From: a virus
Direction: 5' to 3' (one strand)
IMG/VR virus record: IMGVR_UViG_3300045970_000794
Coordinates: 1-64,000 of that record
Length of the DNA stretch: 64,000 bases
This document shows, piece after piece, positions 44,269-54,290 of this stretch. Under the pieces are notes generated by a model, which saw nothing but the letters and a program-made list of their open reading frames with translations, searched no databases and was not told the origin of the DNA. Position 1 is the stretch's first letter, and every line of letters begins with the position of its first letter. Both the position numbers and the translations under genes were made by a program.

Positions 44269-45063
44269 ATGATGAAGATATTCAATTTATATGAAAACGT
44301 CCTTAGAGAAGAGGAAATTAGCCAGAACGCTCAAAATTGTGTTAGATATTTTGGTAAAGAATTGTTTGGTGATGAAATTTTCATTAATCAAGATGAACCG
44401 AATACTCCAATTGAGAAAAAATTCTCTCATATGATATATCACTTCACTGATAAGGCTTATGGTGAACAAATGTCAAGTGATAATCCTAGTTTCATAACGG
44501 CAATTAATAAATTGAAGTCATGTATGTCAGTATATCCAGAGATATTACATCCAGAAGGTGATACCGCATTTCGTGGTATATCTCTATCATTAGATAAAGC
44601 AATTAATCTATTTCAAAGATTTAATGGTAAATATGAATTCAAATTAGCCTATACACCAAAAACATATATTGAAAGCTGGAGTGAAAATTTAGGTGTTGGA
44701 GCTCAATTTGCACATCAAAGTCAAACCCCATGGTTAGATGATTTAGTTAAAAATCTAAAAGCTTTAGGACCTAACCCAAGTGATGAACAAATTATAGAAA
44801 CAATAAATGATGAATTAACAACCAAAGATTATTATAGAGCATCTAAAGTTGGTTTTATCATTAAACATAAGGTTACACCAGACCAATTCTTATTTAAAGC
44901 AAAATATTTTAAAGATTTAAGCTCAGTTCCAGAAGAAATGGAAATTATTAAAATCGGTAATACACCAATAAATTGCTTATGGTCAACAATTACTCCAGAT
45001 ATATTTAGAGTATTAATACCTTATTTAATAAAATATAAAGATAAATTGATAATATTTAGTTAA
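44269..45063 (+). CDS. paralog 2 of 4: putative ADP-ribosyltransferase
   Basis: AFRG, ESWSEN, FLFKAKYF and EEMEIIKI. Confidence 0.45.
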   Translation: MMKIFNLYENVLREEEISQNAQNCVRYFGKELFGDEIFINQDEPNTPIEKKFSHMIYHFTDKAYGEQMSSDNPSFITAINKLKSCMSVYPEILHPEGDTAFRGISLSLDKAINLFQRFNGKYEFKLAYTPKTYIESWSENLGVGAQFAHQSQTPWLDDLVKNLKALGPNPSDEQIIETINDELTTKDYYRASKVGFIIKHKVTPDQFLFKAKYFKDLSSVPEEMEIIKIGNTPINCLWSTITPDIFRVLIPYLIKYKDKLIIFS

Positions 45064-45064
45064 T

Positions 45065-45877
45065 ATGGGATTATTTAATATATATGAATCATTAATGACC
45101 GAAGCTGAAACTTCTGGTAAAGCACAAGCTTGTATTAGGGCCTTTGGTGAAGAATTATTCGCACAACAATTAGGTGGTGAAGAACCAAATACTAATTATG
45201 AAGATAGTATCACTCGTGGTATTAAGAAATTCACCGATACATCTTTTGGTGCTAAAATGAAACACGAAAACCCAGATTTCATTGGTAAAATGAATACATT
45301 AAAATCATGCATATCAGTATATCCAGAGATATTACACCCAGAAGGAGCTGTTTATCGTGGAAAAACAACGACATTACGAGAAGCTATTGATTTATGGGTT
45401 AAAATACATGGTAAAACAGAATTTAAAATGCCATATAAAGCTAATACCTACATTCAAAGTTGGAGTGAAAATGAAGCTATAGCTAAACAGTTTGGTACAT
45501 CGTATTTACCTGATGATTTGATACATAGGGTTAAACTAATTTTAAGTGGTGCTAAATATGATGATGAAAATGGTCTTGAAGTAGATAAGGATTATTTTGA
45601 TGCAACTATAACTAATGTTGCTGGTAAATTAGTTAGTAATCATAATATTGTTGGGTTCATTATAAAACATGATGCAACGCCAGATAGTTTTCTATTTAAA
45701 GCAAAATATTTTAAAGTATTAAGCACCGTTAAACATGAAGATGAAATTTTAAGAATAGGTAATAATCCATTAATGTGTGGTTGGACGTTAACTAAACCAA
45801 GTATTTTTGAATTTATAATACCATTTGTGAAAAAATATAATGCTGAAATAACAAACTATTTAGATAGTCATAATTAA
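45065..45877 (+). CDS. paralog 3 of 4: putative ADP-ribosyltransferase
   Basis: VYRG, QSWSEN, FLFKAKYF and HEDEILRI. Confidence 0.45.
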   Translation: MGLFNIYESLMTEAETSGKAQACIRAFGEELFAQQLGGEEPNTNYEDSITRGIKKFTDTSFGAKMKHENPDFIGKMNTLKSCISVYPEILHPEGAVYRGKTTTLREAIDLWVKIHGKTEFKMPYKANTYIQSWSENEAIAKQFGTSYLPDDLIHRVKLILSGAKYDDENGLEVDKDYFDATITNVAGKLVSNHNIVGFIIKHDATPDSFLFKAKYFKVLSTVKHEDEILRIGNNPLMCGWTLTKPSIFEFIIPFVKKYNAEITNYLDSHN

Positions 45878-45878
45878 T

Positions 45879-46637
45879 ATGGAAATATACAAATTATACG
45901 AATCATTAATTCGTGAAGAAGTTACTGGTGGTGTTCAAGCATGCGTTGCTAAGTACGGTAAAGAACTATTTGGTCCGCAGTTAGGTGGTGACGAACCAAA
46001 CACTGATGTTGAGGATAATTCTGTTGATAGAATCTATAATTTCACAACACAGCATTATGGTGGTTCAATTTCATCTGAATTTGGTGGTAATGTTGATGAT
46101 TTAAAAAAATGTATGAGTGCATTTCCAGAAGTATTACACCCAGAAGGTGAAGTTTATCGTGGATTATCATTATCACTAGAACAAATTCTACCATATATAT
46201 CAAAAATAGATGCACATGGCCACTTCCAATTCGAATATAATGCTAGGACAAGAGTACAAAGTTGGACTGAATCATTTGAAGTTGCTGATGATTTTGCAGC
46301 TGCATCGGTTAATAAATTTACGATTAATTTTATTACTAATGTTATCGAACCAGGTTCATTGAATGAAAAGATTCAAGATTATATTAATAATGGGTTAATG
46401 GTACAATTTAAAATCCCAGTAGTTCTAAAACATAATGCAACACCAGACCAATTCTTATTTAAGGCAAAATATTTTAGTTTATTAAGTGCTAGTGAAGATG
46501 AGGATGAAATTTTAAGAATCGATAATAAACCAACAATGATGAGTGCCGAAATTAGACATGATTATGAGTTAGGTAGTACCGATAAAACAGTAATTGAATT
46601 TCTACATTTAATTGTAAATGCATTAAATAAAAATTGA
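45879..46637 (+). CDS. paralog 4 of 4: putative ADP-ribosyltransferase
   Basis: VYRG, QSWTES, FLFKAKYF and DEDEILRI. Confidence 0.45.
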   Translation: MEIYKLYESLIREEVTGGVQACVAKYGKELFGPQLGGDEPNTDVEDNSVDRIYNFTTQHYGGSISSEFGGNVDDLKKCMSAFPEVLHPEGEVYRGLSLSLEQILPYISKIDAHGHFQFEYNARTRVQSWTESFEVADDFAAASVNKFTINFITNVIEPGSLNEKIQDYINNGLMVQFKIPVVLKHNATPDQFLFKAKYFSLLSASEDEDEILRIDNKPTMMSAEIRHDYELGSTDKTVIEFLHLIVNALNKN

Positions 46638-46667
46638 CTTATTTAATTTTTTTGATTATATTTTGGT

Positions 46668-46976
46668 ATGGGATATGTGTATTTAATAACCAACGGATAT
46701 GTTCATTATAAAATAGGTATTACTAGTAAAACGATTGGCCGAAGAATGCGTCAATTACAAACTGGTAATTCTGAAAAAATTCAGTTAGTTAAATCATATA
46801 AAAGTGAAAACTATCGGGAGATTGAATCGTGGTTACATCGTAAATTTGGTAATAAAAGACTCCAAGGTGAGTGGTTTGAACTGGATGATGTAAATGTAAT
46901 CGATTTTGAAAAAATATGTAAATCAATTGATGGCACTATAACCTTATTAAAAAAAGAAAACCCATTCTTTAAATAG
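46668..46976 (+). CDS. T5orf172/MUG113 (GIY-YIG-like) domain protein
   Basis: GYVYLITNG..HYKIGIT....RRMRQLQTGN...W.HRKF...R..GEWFEL. Confidence 0.65.
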   Translation: MGYVYLITNGYVHYKIGITSKTIGRRMRQLQTGNSEKIQLVKSYKSENYREIESWLHRKFGNKRLQGEWFELDDVNVIDFEKICKSIDGTITLLKKENPFFK

Positions 46977-46994
46977 AACTGGTTTTTTAATTAG

Positions 46995-47065
46995 TAAGTA
47001 CCAAGAGATTCGAACTCTCATCCCACAATGAACATGTGTATCTTTGCCAATTAGACGAAGTACTC
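46995..47065 (-). tRNA. tRNA-like, 71 nt, anticodon uncertain
   Basis: Acceptor GAGTACT/GGTACTT, D arm GTCT-AATTGGCAA-AGAT and T arm GAGAG-TTCGAAT-CTCTT. The anticodon arm CACA-TGTTCAT-TGTG has G at position 33. Confidence 0.4.
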
Positions 47066-47217
47066 AGCCCTTTCGGGCAATCATTTGCAAATGATTCGTT
47101 CGATGCCTTGCAACCGCATCAAACTGACCTATTGATGGGAATGGACCCACCCCAAATACTACGCAATATCGAATTTCTTCTCAATCGAACGTGATACATC
47201 CTAGACCAATAAGTTTG

Positions 47218-47314
47218 AAGACTAGGTGGGATTCGAACCCACAGCACCGATATATCAAATCAGCTGCTCACCACTCACCTTTTACATGTAAAAGGTAATT
47301 TAGCATTCTAGTCT
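47218..47314 (-). tRNA. tRNA-Ile(GAU) with a 33-nt D-loop containing a perfect hairpin
   Basis: AGACTAG-AA-TGCT-[AAATTA-CCTTTTACATGTAAAAGG-TGAGTGGTG]-AGCA-G-CTGAT-TTGATAT-ATCGG-TGCT-GTGGG-TTCGAAT-CCCAC-CTAGTCT-T. Confidence 0.55.
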
Positions 47315-47410
47315 AGCAGTGCTGTTTCACAGAGCGGTGAGGCTTCCGCTTTCTTGTTTTGAGCCCATATTTGTTTGTGACATACACATTTTATTATTAT
47401 TAACTTAATG

Positions 47411-47442
47411 CAAATTTACAAAAAATATTTCAATCTACCAAA
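47411..47442 (-). promoter_or_regulatory. Bacteroidota-type promoter TTTG-N20-TAAATTTG upstream of tRNA island 47.0-47.3 kb
   Basis: The -7 box is at 47418-47411 and the -33 element at 47442-47439. A 20-codon ORF (47327..47389) lies between the promoter and tRNA-Ile. Confidence 0.55.
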
Positions 47443-47459
47443 TTTTTTTGCAATTATTT

Positions 47460-48446
47460 TTAATCTTTTTTCAAAGACTCCAAATAATGTCCAAATGATT
47501 CCCAGATAATATCTTCATCTGTATTAAGAATGAACTTATTAAAGTTCTGGAATTTAGATTTATATCCCATGATAGCTTTACCCAAATCTGGACCAACCAA
47601 TCCGAATTTCCTAGTAATCTTATCACCATTAAACTTAGACTGAGTATATAGCTTTTCAGCATATTCATATTCAATCCTACGAATTTCAGTAGGTAGATTA
47701 GCATCTGGAAATGCAAAATCAATTGTTGGAATATATTTGTTTTTATCAGCTTCAAATTCATACTCCTTTTTAACATTATTCGTTTCAATCCACTCCAATA
47801 GAGACATATAACTAGCTCTTTTTATGTTTCTTTCACGATTAATATGATTCAAAGTATCCATTTGATATTGTCTCCAATCAAAATATGGTGAAGACGCAAC
47901 AAATTCAAATATATCTTCCAATGTATCAAATCCTTGTTCCCATCTTTCATATGATAGTCCAAAAAATTCGAAAATCTGTTTATAATCCTTTGAAATGGTA
48001 ATTGTACCAAGATTATGTCCCATATGATTAAAGTATTTGAACCACAACCCTTCTTGACCGTATTTCAAGCCAAATGGATGTGCCAAACGACCAATCATAT
48101 TACCCAAATCGTTATACGAAAGATACATGTAATTGCTATGGAAATCTTCGGGTGATGTTGTAATCAAATCAACCTGTATTTCCTTATAATCAAATGACCA
48201 GCAATTCCCATTGTGAAAAATTTCGTTTGGATGGAATTCATCATGGATTATTGTCATGATATCTTCCCGACCTGTTACTTCACACAATACATTAATATCA
48301 CCAAATGTTTCTTTCTTTTTATAAAACAATGGAATTGCAACATTTTTGAAATGATTCTCAAATTTTGGAATCACTTCATATGCTAGCATATCAAATTCGT
48401 CTCTATTATACCTTCTGGTAAATGTTTTCAATGCTCTTCCACCCAT
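47460..48446 (-). CDS. nucleotidyltransferase-fold protein (tentative), 328 aa
   Basis: MGGRALKTF...KKKETFGDINVLC resembles the Pol-beta NTase G[SG]..GD.D motif, with the second Asp replaced by Asn. Confidence 0.5.
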   Translation of the reverse strand: MGGRALKTFTRRYNRDEFDMLAYEVIPKFENHFKNVAIPLFYKKKETFGDINVLCEVTGREDIMTIIHDEFHPNEIFHNGNCWSFDYKEIQVDLITTSPEDFHSNYMYLSYNDLGNMIGRLAHPFGLKYGQEGLWFKYFNHMGHNLGTITISKDYKQIFEFFGLSYERWEQGFDTLEDIFEFVASSPYFDWRQYQMDTLNHINRERNIKRASYMSLLEWIETNNVKKEYEFEADKNKYIPTIDFAFPDANLPTEIRRIEYEYAEKLYTQSKFNGDKITRKFGLVGPDLGKAIMGYKSKFQNFNKFILNTDEDIIWESFGHYLESLKKD

Positions 48447-48461
48447 AATAAACCTCCTTTT

Positions 48462-49013
48462 TTATTTTTTAGCTGAATCATCTGCGGCACCAAGTAATGA
48501 TAATTTATCAAAATATGATAATTCTTGCATCGCTTTAACCTTAGATGACTTCATAATGTTTAACTTATGATAACGCATGTGATTATAAACCAAATTACCA
48601 ATTAATTCTGGGTTACCTCCCATGCTTGTAATCCAACCAGCATCTTGTCTAACCAATTTAGCACTAGCTACCTCATGACCGATTGATTGTGATACACCAT
48701 CCAACTTTGGGTGTGGTGTTTTAGTCGCTTGTTTACCTAAATCATGGTATAATGCGGCTAATATCAAATCCATATCTTGTTCTTCAGCTGGTACATTTAT
48801 GAATTGATTAGTAACACCCATGATATGTTCATAGGTATTACCTTCTTGATGATATTTTGGATTTTCCTTAAAATCTTTCAATTGCTCAAGTATTCCTTTA
48901 ACATGCGCTGGTGCCATATTAACCAACTCATCAAATGAATTGATATGTTTTTTAACAGCCAATGCTTCTTTCAAATTAGATAATTGAGACTCTGTTACTA
49001 TTATTTTTTTCAT
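48462..49013 (-). CDS. HD-domain phosphohydrolase
   Basis: ...YEHIMGV...ALYHDLGK... Confidence 0.7.
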   Translation of the reverse strand: MKKIIVTESQLSNLKEALAVKKHINSFDELVNMAPAHVKGILEQLKDFKENPKYHQEGNTYEHIMGVTNQFINVPAEEQDMDLILAALYHDLGKQATKTPHPKLDGVSQSIGHEVASAKLVRQDAGWITSMGGNPELIGNLVYNHMRYHKLNIMKSSKVKAMQELSYFDKLSLLGAADDSAKK

Positions 49014-49014
49014 T

Positions 49015-50397
49015 TTATTTTTGTAACCCCGCTGTTAATATTAATTTTAATGCCGCAGCTAATTCATTTTCTTTTAAATTATGTTGTTTTAGTTGAGCAT
49101 GTTCCATTTGTTTTTTGTATGAATTAGCTGCGATGATGATATCGTTAGCACTAATCAAGCTAGCTTTACGGTTAATCATATAAGCTTTAGCTCTGTCAAT
49201 GATTTCACTTGCGAATGCTGGAACAATACCAACTAACGCTTCAGCAGCTGCATCACGATTATTAGCTTCAATTAATGATTTACCATTATTATCAATTACT
49301 AATGTATTGATGAATTCCAACGCAGTTTCTTTATCCAAAGAACCCAATGATATTAAACCACCAATTCTTTTACCTCTTAGGAATGTTGGCTCAATCAATT
49401 CAATGTGATTAGTTGTAAAAATTGAAATGATTGCTTTATTTTTAGTATCACCACCATCCAATGTATTCAAAATACGTTGAATTGCTGCATCACGATTACC
49501 TCTAACTGCTTGGTCAATATCTTCAGTGAAGACAACAATACCTTTTTTTGATTTAGTGTAATTTTCGCAAATTTTAAGCGTGGTAGCTAAATTTTTACAA
49601 TCTTTCAAGTAAATGAAAGTCCAACCATTTTCAACCGCAAGTTTAGCAATTAAAAAAGCGATAAGCGTTTTACCAGTACCATATGGTCCTTCTAATAATA
49701 CACCGTATTTAAGGTCTAATCCTTCTTCAATACATCTGTCAGTATCACGAATTCTAGCAAGTATTGGAACTAACCCTTCTTTTGCTTCTTTACAAAGTAA
49801 GATTTTACTTTCATCAATATTTGATAAATCCAAAAATTCTGGTTCTTCAATATTACCATTACTATCAAATTCAATATTAATGGCTCTTCCAGTATATAAG
49901 CTACTAGTATCTAAAATACGTTGAGCTTCTTTCATGATATCATTAACTTGATATTGGAATTTCATTCTGATGGTACCAGTAATTGATAATTCAACAGTTT
50001 CCCAATCATAATCCATTGATAAATAACTATCTTTATCAAATGCTGGAAGTCTTACAGTTCCAAATGGAATTTGAATTTCTTCACCATTAGGTAATAAAAC
50101 ATTAATCAATTGTGGTGGCTCATCACCACTTTCACCTTTACTGGCAGTTATATCACAATGACCAATAACATTTTCAACAGCTTGAAATAATGCTAAAGCA
50201 CCTTCATGTTCGAAACATTTGAAAGTATAAGTAACATCAACAATTTGTTCTTCAACTTTAACCCTGTCAAACATGTATTTAATTGCATCATTAAAACCTT
50301 TAGTATCAATGGCTTCATGCAATTGGTCTAATTTATCAGTGTCAATTTTATTCACTTTCGTGTTCAAGTTTGTGTCCAAGTTTGTGTCCGTGTTCAT
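49015..50397 (-). CDS. AAA+ ATPase
   Basis: Walker A EGPYGTGKTL and Walker B IVVFTEDIDQA. Confidence 0.75.
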   Translation of the reverse strand: MNTDTNLDTNLNTKVNKIDTDKLDQLHEAIDTKGFNDAIKYMFDRVKVEEQIVDVTYTFKCFEHEGALALFQAVENVIGHCDITASKGESGDEPPQLINVLLPNGEEIQIPFGTVRLPAFDKDSYLSMDYDWETVELSITGTIRMKFQYQVNDIMKEAQRILDTSSLYTGRAINIEFDSNGNIEEPEFLDLSNIDESKILLCKEAKEGLVPILARIRDTDRCIEEGLDLKYGVLLEGPYGTGKTLIAFLIAKLAVENGWTFIYLKDCKNLATTLKICENYTKSKKGIVVFTEDIDQAVRGNRDAAIQRILNTLDGGDTKNKAIISIFTTNHIELIEPTFLRGKRIGGLISLGSLDKETALEFINTLVIDNNGKSLIEANNRDAAAEALVGIVPAFASEIIDRAKAYMINRKASLISANDIIIAANSYKKQMEHAQLKQHNLKENELAAALKLILTAGLQK

Positions 50398-50654
50398 TTT
50401 TTAGTTCTTTAGCGTGTTTATAAATTTCAATTACTTTTTCATTTGTATCTTCTAAACAGTCAATCTTAACCAAACCTTTATTCCATTGCCTGACTTTAGA
50501 TTCACCGAAATATTTTACTCTTTTCGATTTTTTACACTTCATAAAATTTTCAATCTGACGTAATGAGCCAGTAACACCTTTACAGGTAACATAAACTTCC
50601 CCATTTATTGTTTCAAAAACAACAGGATAACCATTAAATATAATTTGATTTTCC
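50348..50654 (-). CDS. hypothetical protein with a His/Lys repeat tail
   Basis: Start trimmed to MENQIIF; its 3' end overlaps the AAA+ start inside a short tandem DNA repeat. Confidence 0.5.
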
Positions 50655-50716
50655 ATAGTGAGTAATTTAATTTTTTGCAAAGGTAAAACAAATATTTTTA
50701 ATAAACAAATATTTTA

Positions 50717-51175
50717 TTAAATATTTTCAGATTTAATTCGATTTTCAATAATTTTATCTACACTTTCCCAATCTACGTAAGGACGCTTACCTTCTTCATA
50801 AATTAATGGACACCCAACAGCTGCATCATCAACATAAAGCTGACCATATGCTTTAGGGCTTCTAGTCCAGTATTTTTGAGTAGGATTGGAATTAACACCA
50901 TAAAATTCTAAACCATTTTTCTTACACCAATCAACCGCTTCTTGTAAACAATCACGGTCAACATATTCTATTGTTTCTTCGTTAGTATTAGGGTCAATAC
51001 TAACTATTTTTTGGTTGTAAGGTTTACTACTTCTCATAGTAAACAATATTATTTTAGCACCAGCTTTTTGATACTTTTTAAGATATTCAAAAGCTTTTGG
51101 TACTTCCTTACCGATTTCTGGATAGACGTGTTCACATAGTGTGCCATCAAAATCCACACAAATTGTTAATCCCAT
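50717..51175 (-). CDS. HAD-superfamily phosphatase
   Basis: DxDGT motif ICVDFDGTL and a distal YVDDAAVG. Confidence 0.65.
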   Translation of the reverse strand: MGLTICVDFDGTLCEHVYPEIGKEVPKAFEYLKKYQKAGAKIILFTMRSSKPYNQKIVSIDPNTNEETIEYVDRDCLQEAVDWCKKNGLEFYGVNSNPTQKYWTRSPKAYGQLYVDDAAVGCPLIYEEGKRPYVDWESVDKIIENRIKSENI

Positions 51176-51238
51176 AATTTTCTGTTTTAAGTTGTTATTA
51201 ACCCATTTTCAATGAGTCTGTGAATATATTTAGAATGC

Positions 51239-51940
51239 TCAATATTTTTTTCTATTTATTTTAATATCTCGATTTATCTTACTACATAATGGCTGTAAAT
51301 TACTATAGTGATTTAATTTAATTAATTCTTCTTCTGTTTTGGCTGAAGATAACGGTATAATATGGTCAATATCCCAGCCATAACCATACTCACCATTATA
51401 TTTACCATAGTTATCCCAATTCATCCATGGCTCAAATTTAACTTCCAGATGTAGTTTGAAGTCTTCGAATGAACAATCAAGAATTTGATAAGTTTTAGAT
51501 GATTTTGAATAACCATTTCTTCTGAATGAATCACTTATCATACTACGATAATTACATGTTAATCTATACACCATATCACTTTTCTTTCGGTTTGTATGAT
51601 ATTCACCAATTTTAGTTTTATTTTCAATACGATAATTTTTTTGATAAGTTTTTATATTATCAGAATTTTCAATTCGATATGATTTCTGATAATCCTTTAC
51701 TTTATCTAAATTATCAATAAAATATTTTCTATTTTTAATATCAATTACTTCATGATTTTCAGAATAATGTTTTTTTTGTTTTTCTTTTATTATTAATTTA
51801 TTATTTTTTCTATATTCAATATCATAATTACGTTTACATTCTTTACAAATACTATTAAATCCATCTAAACTTTTATTATTTAATGAAAATAATTCCAATA
51901 ATTTTTCATTATTACACTTAATACATTTTTTAGTTTCCAT
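51239..51940 (-). CDS. HNH-type homing endonuclease
   Basis: Cys-rich N-terminus; GWDIDHIIPLS...NLQPLCSKINRDIK. Confidence 0.7.
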   Translation of the reverse strand: METKKCIKCNNEKLLELFSLNNKSLDGFNSICKECKRNYDIEYRKNNKLIIKEKQKKHYSENHEVIDIKNRKYFIDNLDKVKDYQKSYRIENSDNIKTYQKNYRIENKTKIGEYHTNRKKSDMVYRLTCNYRSMISDSFRRNGYSKSSKTYQILDCSFEDFKLHLEVKFEPWMNWDNYGKYNGEYGYGWDIDHIIPLSSAKTEEELIKLNHYSNLQPLCSKINRDIKINRKKY

Positions 51941-51987
51941 AATCTATTTTATAATAAATATATGACAAAATAAAAAAATATTAAACA

Positions 51988-52485
51988 TTATAATATTAAC
52001 CCCATTTCGAGTAATTTATGAATGTATTGTGAGTGAGCTATGAATTTTTCATTTGCATGTCCAATCGACATATGTAAACCCCAATGTGGTCTACCAAGAC
52101 CTAATTCAGCTCTAATTGCATGAATTTCATCCCTATCTTCATTTGGTATGTTTAACCACCAGTGTTTACTATCAGTTCTAGCATCAACAGATAATACAAT
52201 TTTAATTGTCTTACCATCCCATTTTTCTTTAACTGATTCCCACTGATTTAATCCAAATTCACCTAATTCTCTATGACTATCATTGATAAAAGAAATATGT
52301 GAACCTCTGAGCGGCTTATTTAATATAAGATTATATCGTTTATTGATGAACCAAGCATAATATTCAGCAACATCACCATCAATCATAATCATAGCAACAC
52401 GTTTCCATGATGATTGTGCATTATGTTTATTCGTCACATTCACTGGTTCAAATACTATTCTACCTATTACTTCAATCTTATTCAT
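51988..52485 (-). CDS. putative 2H phosphoesterase (LigT / cyclic phosphodiesterase-like)
   Basis: Two H-x-S-x motifs with appropriate spacing: RGSHISFI and GLHMSIGH. Confidence 0.45.
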   Translation of the reverse strand: MNKIEVIGRIVFEPVNVTNKHNAQSSWKRVAMIMIDGDVAEYYAWFINKRYNLILNKPLRGSHISFINDSHRELGEFGLNQWESVKEKWDGKTIKIVLSVDARTDSKHWWLNIPNEDRDEIHAIRAELGLGRPHWGLHMSIGHANEKFIAHSQYIHKLLEMGLIL

Positions 52486-52503
52486 TATAATTTAATCCCT
52501 TCG

Positions 52504-52992
52504 TTAGTCGTTTTCACTTGGAACAAATTGATATTTTGGTGTAAAATTATTAGGGTCACAAATTACTTTCTTATCATAACCAGCTTCTTTCATTCGGTCT
52601 TCTAATTCAATAAAATTTCGAACACCATCTAAAACCGCTCTATCAATTTGAACTGAAATTTCAGCAGCTAATATGGCAGTTAATTCAGCTTCAGCATCAA
52701 TATTAGTATACGCTGCTATGTCTTGAGCCATTTCTGGTGACCACGTAGCATGTATTTTTCTAAGTGTATTCCACTTATCCCAATCAACACCTTGACTTAT
52801 AACCCAGATTTCAATTATATCACAAATTTCACCACGCTTGAACCCAAATACATTAACCACTTCGTTAATCGTATCACAAGCCCAGCGTTTTCTACCAGTG
52901 CTAATTGAGTAAACATTATTATCTCGAACTACAAACGTTCGTTCTAAATAATTATGAATATAATCCGATGTTGTTTTATATTTCCCTTCCAT
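52504..52992 (-). CDS. hypothetical protein (162 aa)
   Basis: ORF track. Confidence 0.55.
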   Translation of the reverse strand: MEGKYKTTSDYIHNYLERTFVVRDNNVYSISTGRKRWACDTINEVVNVFGFKRGEICDIIEIWVISQGVDWDKWNTLRKIHATWSPEMAQDIAAYTNIDAEAELTAILAAEISVQIDRAVLDGVRNFIELEDRMKEAGYDKKVICDPNNFTPKYQFVPSEND

Positions 52993-53032
52993 ATAAACTT
53001 AAATATATGGAAAAGAAACATAAAAATAAAGA

Positions 53033-53452
53033 TTATCTCAACTTAATACTAAATCTTTCTAACATTCTAGTCAATGAAGTTTCTGGAACGTTATGTACGT
53101 TCGAACCACCATGTCTGTTTTCAACAATAAGTGAGAATACCATATATCCGTACTTTTCAGCCAAATCAATGTATGGTTTCAATTCTTTATCAGTTGTTGA
53201 TGTGTTAGCTACTATAACCCTAGCTTCGCCAGCAATCATAGCATTTTCACACTTTTCAAAACAAAGTTTATGAGCAATACCCAATGCATTTGCATTGAAT
53301 TTGTATTCACCATCTTTCATGAAAAAATCGTCAGCACAACAAATCTTAGCGTTAAGGATTGAATCCATATCACCATAACCTTGTAACATTTCGGCAACTG
53401 TTGATTTACCACAGCCCGATATCCCTCTTAAAATAATTAAATGCTTCTTCAT
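53033..53452 (-). CDS. P-loop kinase (AAA_33 / polynucleotide-kinase-like)
   Basis: ILRGISGCGKST. Confidence 0.6.
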   Translation of the reverse strand: MKKHLIILRGISGCGKSTVAEMLQGYGDMDSILNAKICCADDFFMKDGEYKFNANALGIAHKLCFEKCENAMIAGEARVIVANTSTTDKELKPYIDLAEKYGYMVFSLIVENRHGGSNVHNVPETSLTRMLERFSIKLR

Positions 53453-53557
53453 ATTCGTAATCTTTTAAATCAATCTTATTCAAGCTACAAAATTACATAA
53501 AATAAATCAAAAAAGCAAATTAATTAGCAAAAAAAAATCCCCATATGGGGATTTAAT

Positions 53558-53962
53558 TTAACAATGCTTACCACAACATGTGGATTCACTACAGCAGTCT
53601 GGCTCATCATTGCATTCACATATGTGAGGCTCTGGCTTTGTAATGCTTTCTATCGTATACTCATAATTAGTATCATCAACTAAAATCATATCAGTATCAG
53701 TAGTAGTTGTTGCTTTATATAATAACTCAATAAACTTAGGGTCGGTTATATCAACACAATCCTCAGTTTGGAAGGTCCAATATTCAATTGAGTTTGTTCT
53801 ATAATGAGTTGAGAGTGTATGGTGACCAAAAAAGTATAAATCACTATTCTTTTTTGATTTAAAGGTTACATTCACAGTTTTTATTCCTAAATAAGAGTTA
53901 ATTCCAAATGCGAAGGTTGAAATAACTATGATGAATATCAATAATAATATTAGTGTTTCCAT
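53558..53962 (-). CDS. membrane-anchored protein with a Cys-rich tail
   Basis: N-terminal transmembrane segment; ends ...CECNDEPDCCSESTCCGKHC. Confidence 0.5.
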   Translation of the reverse strand: METLILLLIFIIVISTFAFGINSYLGIKTVNVTFKSKKNSDLYFFGHHTLSTHYRTNSIEYWTFQTEDCVDITDPKFIELLYKATTTTDTDMILVDDTNYEYTIESITKPEPHICECNDEPDCCSESTCCGKHC

Positions 53963-53979
53963 AATTTAAGTGTTAAAAG

Positions 53980-54270
53980 TTAAAATCTTCTTGTATCATC
54001 GGTAAATAAGTTAGAGTTACTAACTAACCAATTATATACTGTATTTTGTGTTGCTGGTGGTATTGGATATCCTTGCATGTATACTACATCCATTACAATT
54101 TCAAATTCAGTTCCAGCTGGAAATTGCATTCCATTAGGTAGTGATGCTTTTTCTTTTAAGCGTAAAACTTGTTGTTCAATTCTTGTGTGTCCCATTTTAA
54201 TAATTTTTAAGACTTTGTTATAAGAAAACTTGGACCCTAATGGACCCAAGTTTTTATTTAATCTAATCAA
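53980..54270 (-). CDS. hypothetical protein (start uncertain)
   Basis: ORF track. Confidence 0.45.
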   Translation of the reverse strand: MIRLNKNLGPLGSKFSYNKVLKIIKMGHTRIEQQVLRLKEKASLPNGMQFPAGTEFEIVMDVVYMQGYPIPPATQNTVYNWLVSNSNLFTDDTRRF

Positions 54271-54290
54271 TAACTTATAAAAGTATAGTT

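Noticed and set aside
50350-50397. Short tandem repeat gtgttcaagtttgtgtccaagtttgtgtcc.
   Set aside because: It encodes repetitive peptide tails in two overlapping ORFs (HGHKLGHKLEHE and NTDTNLDTNLN). It has no array structure.
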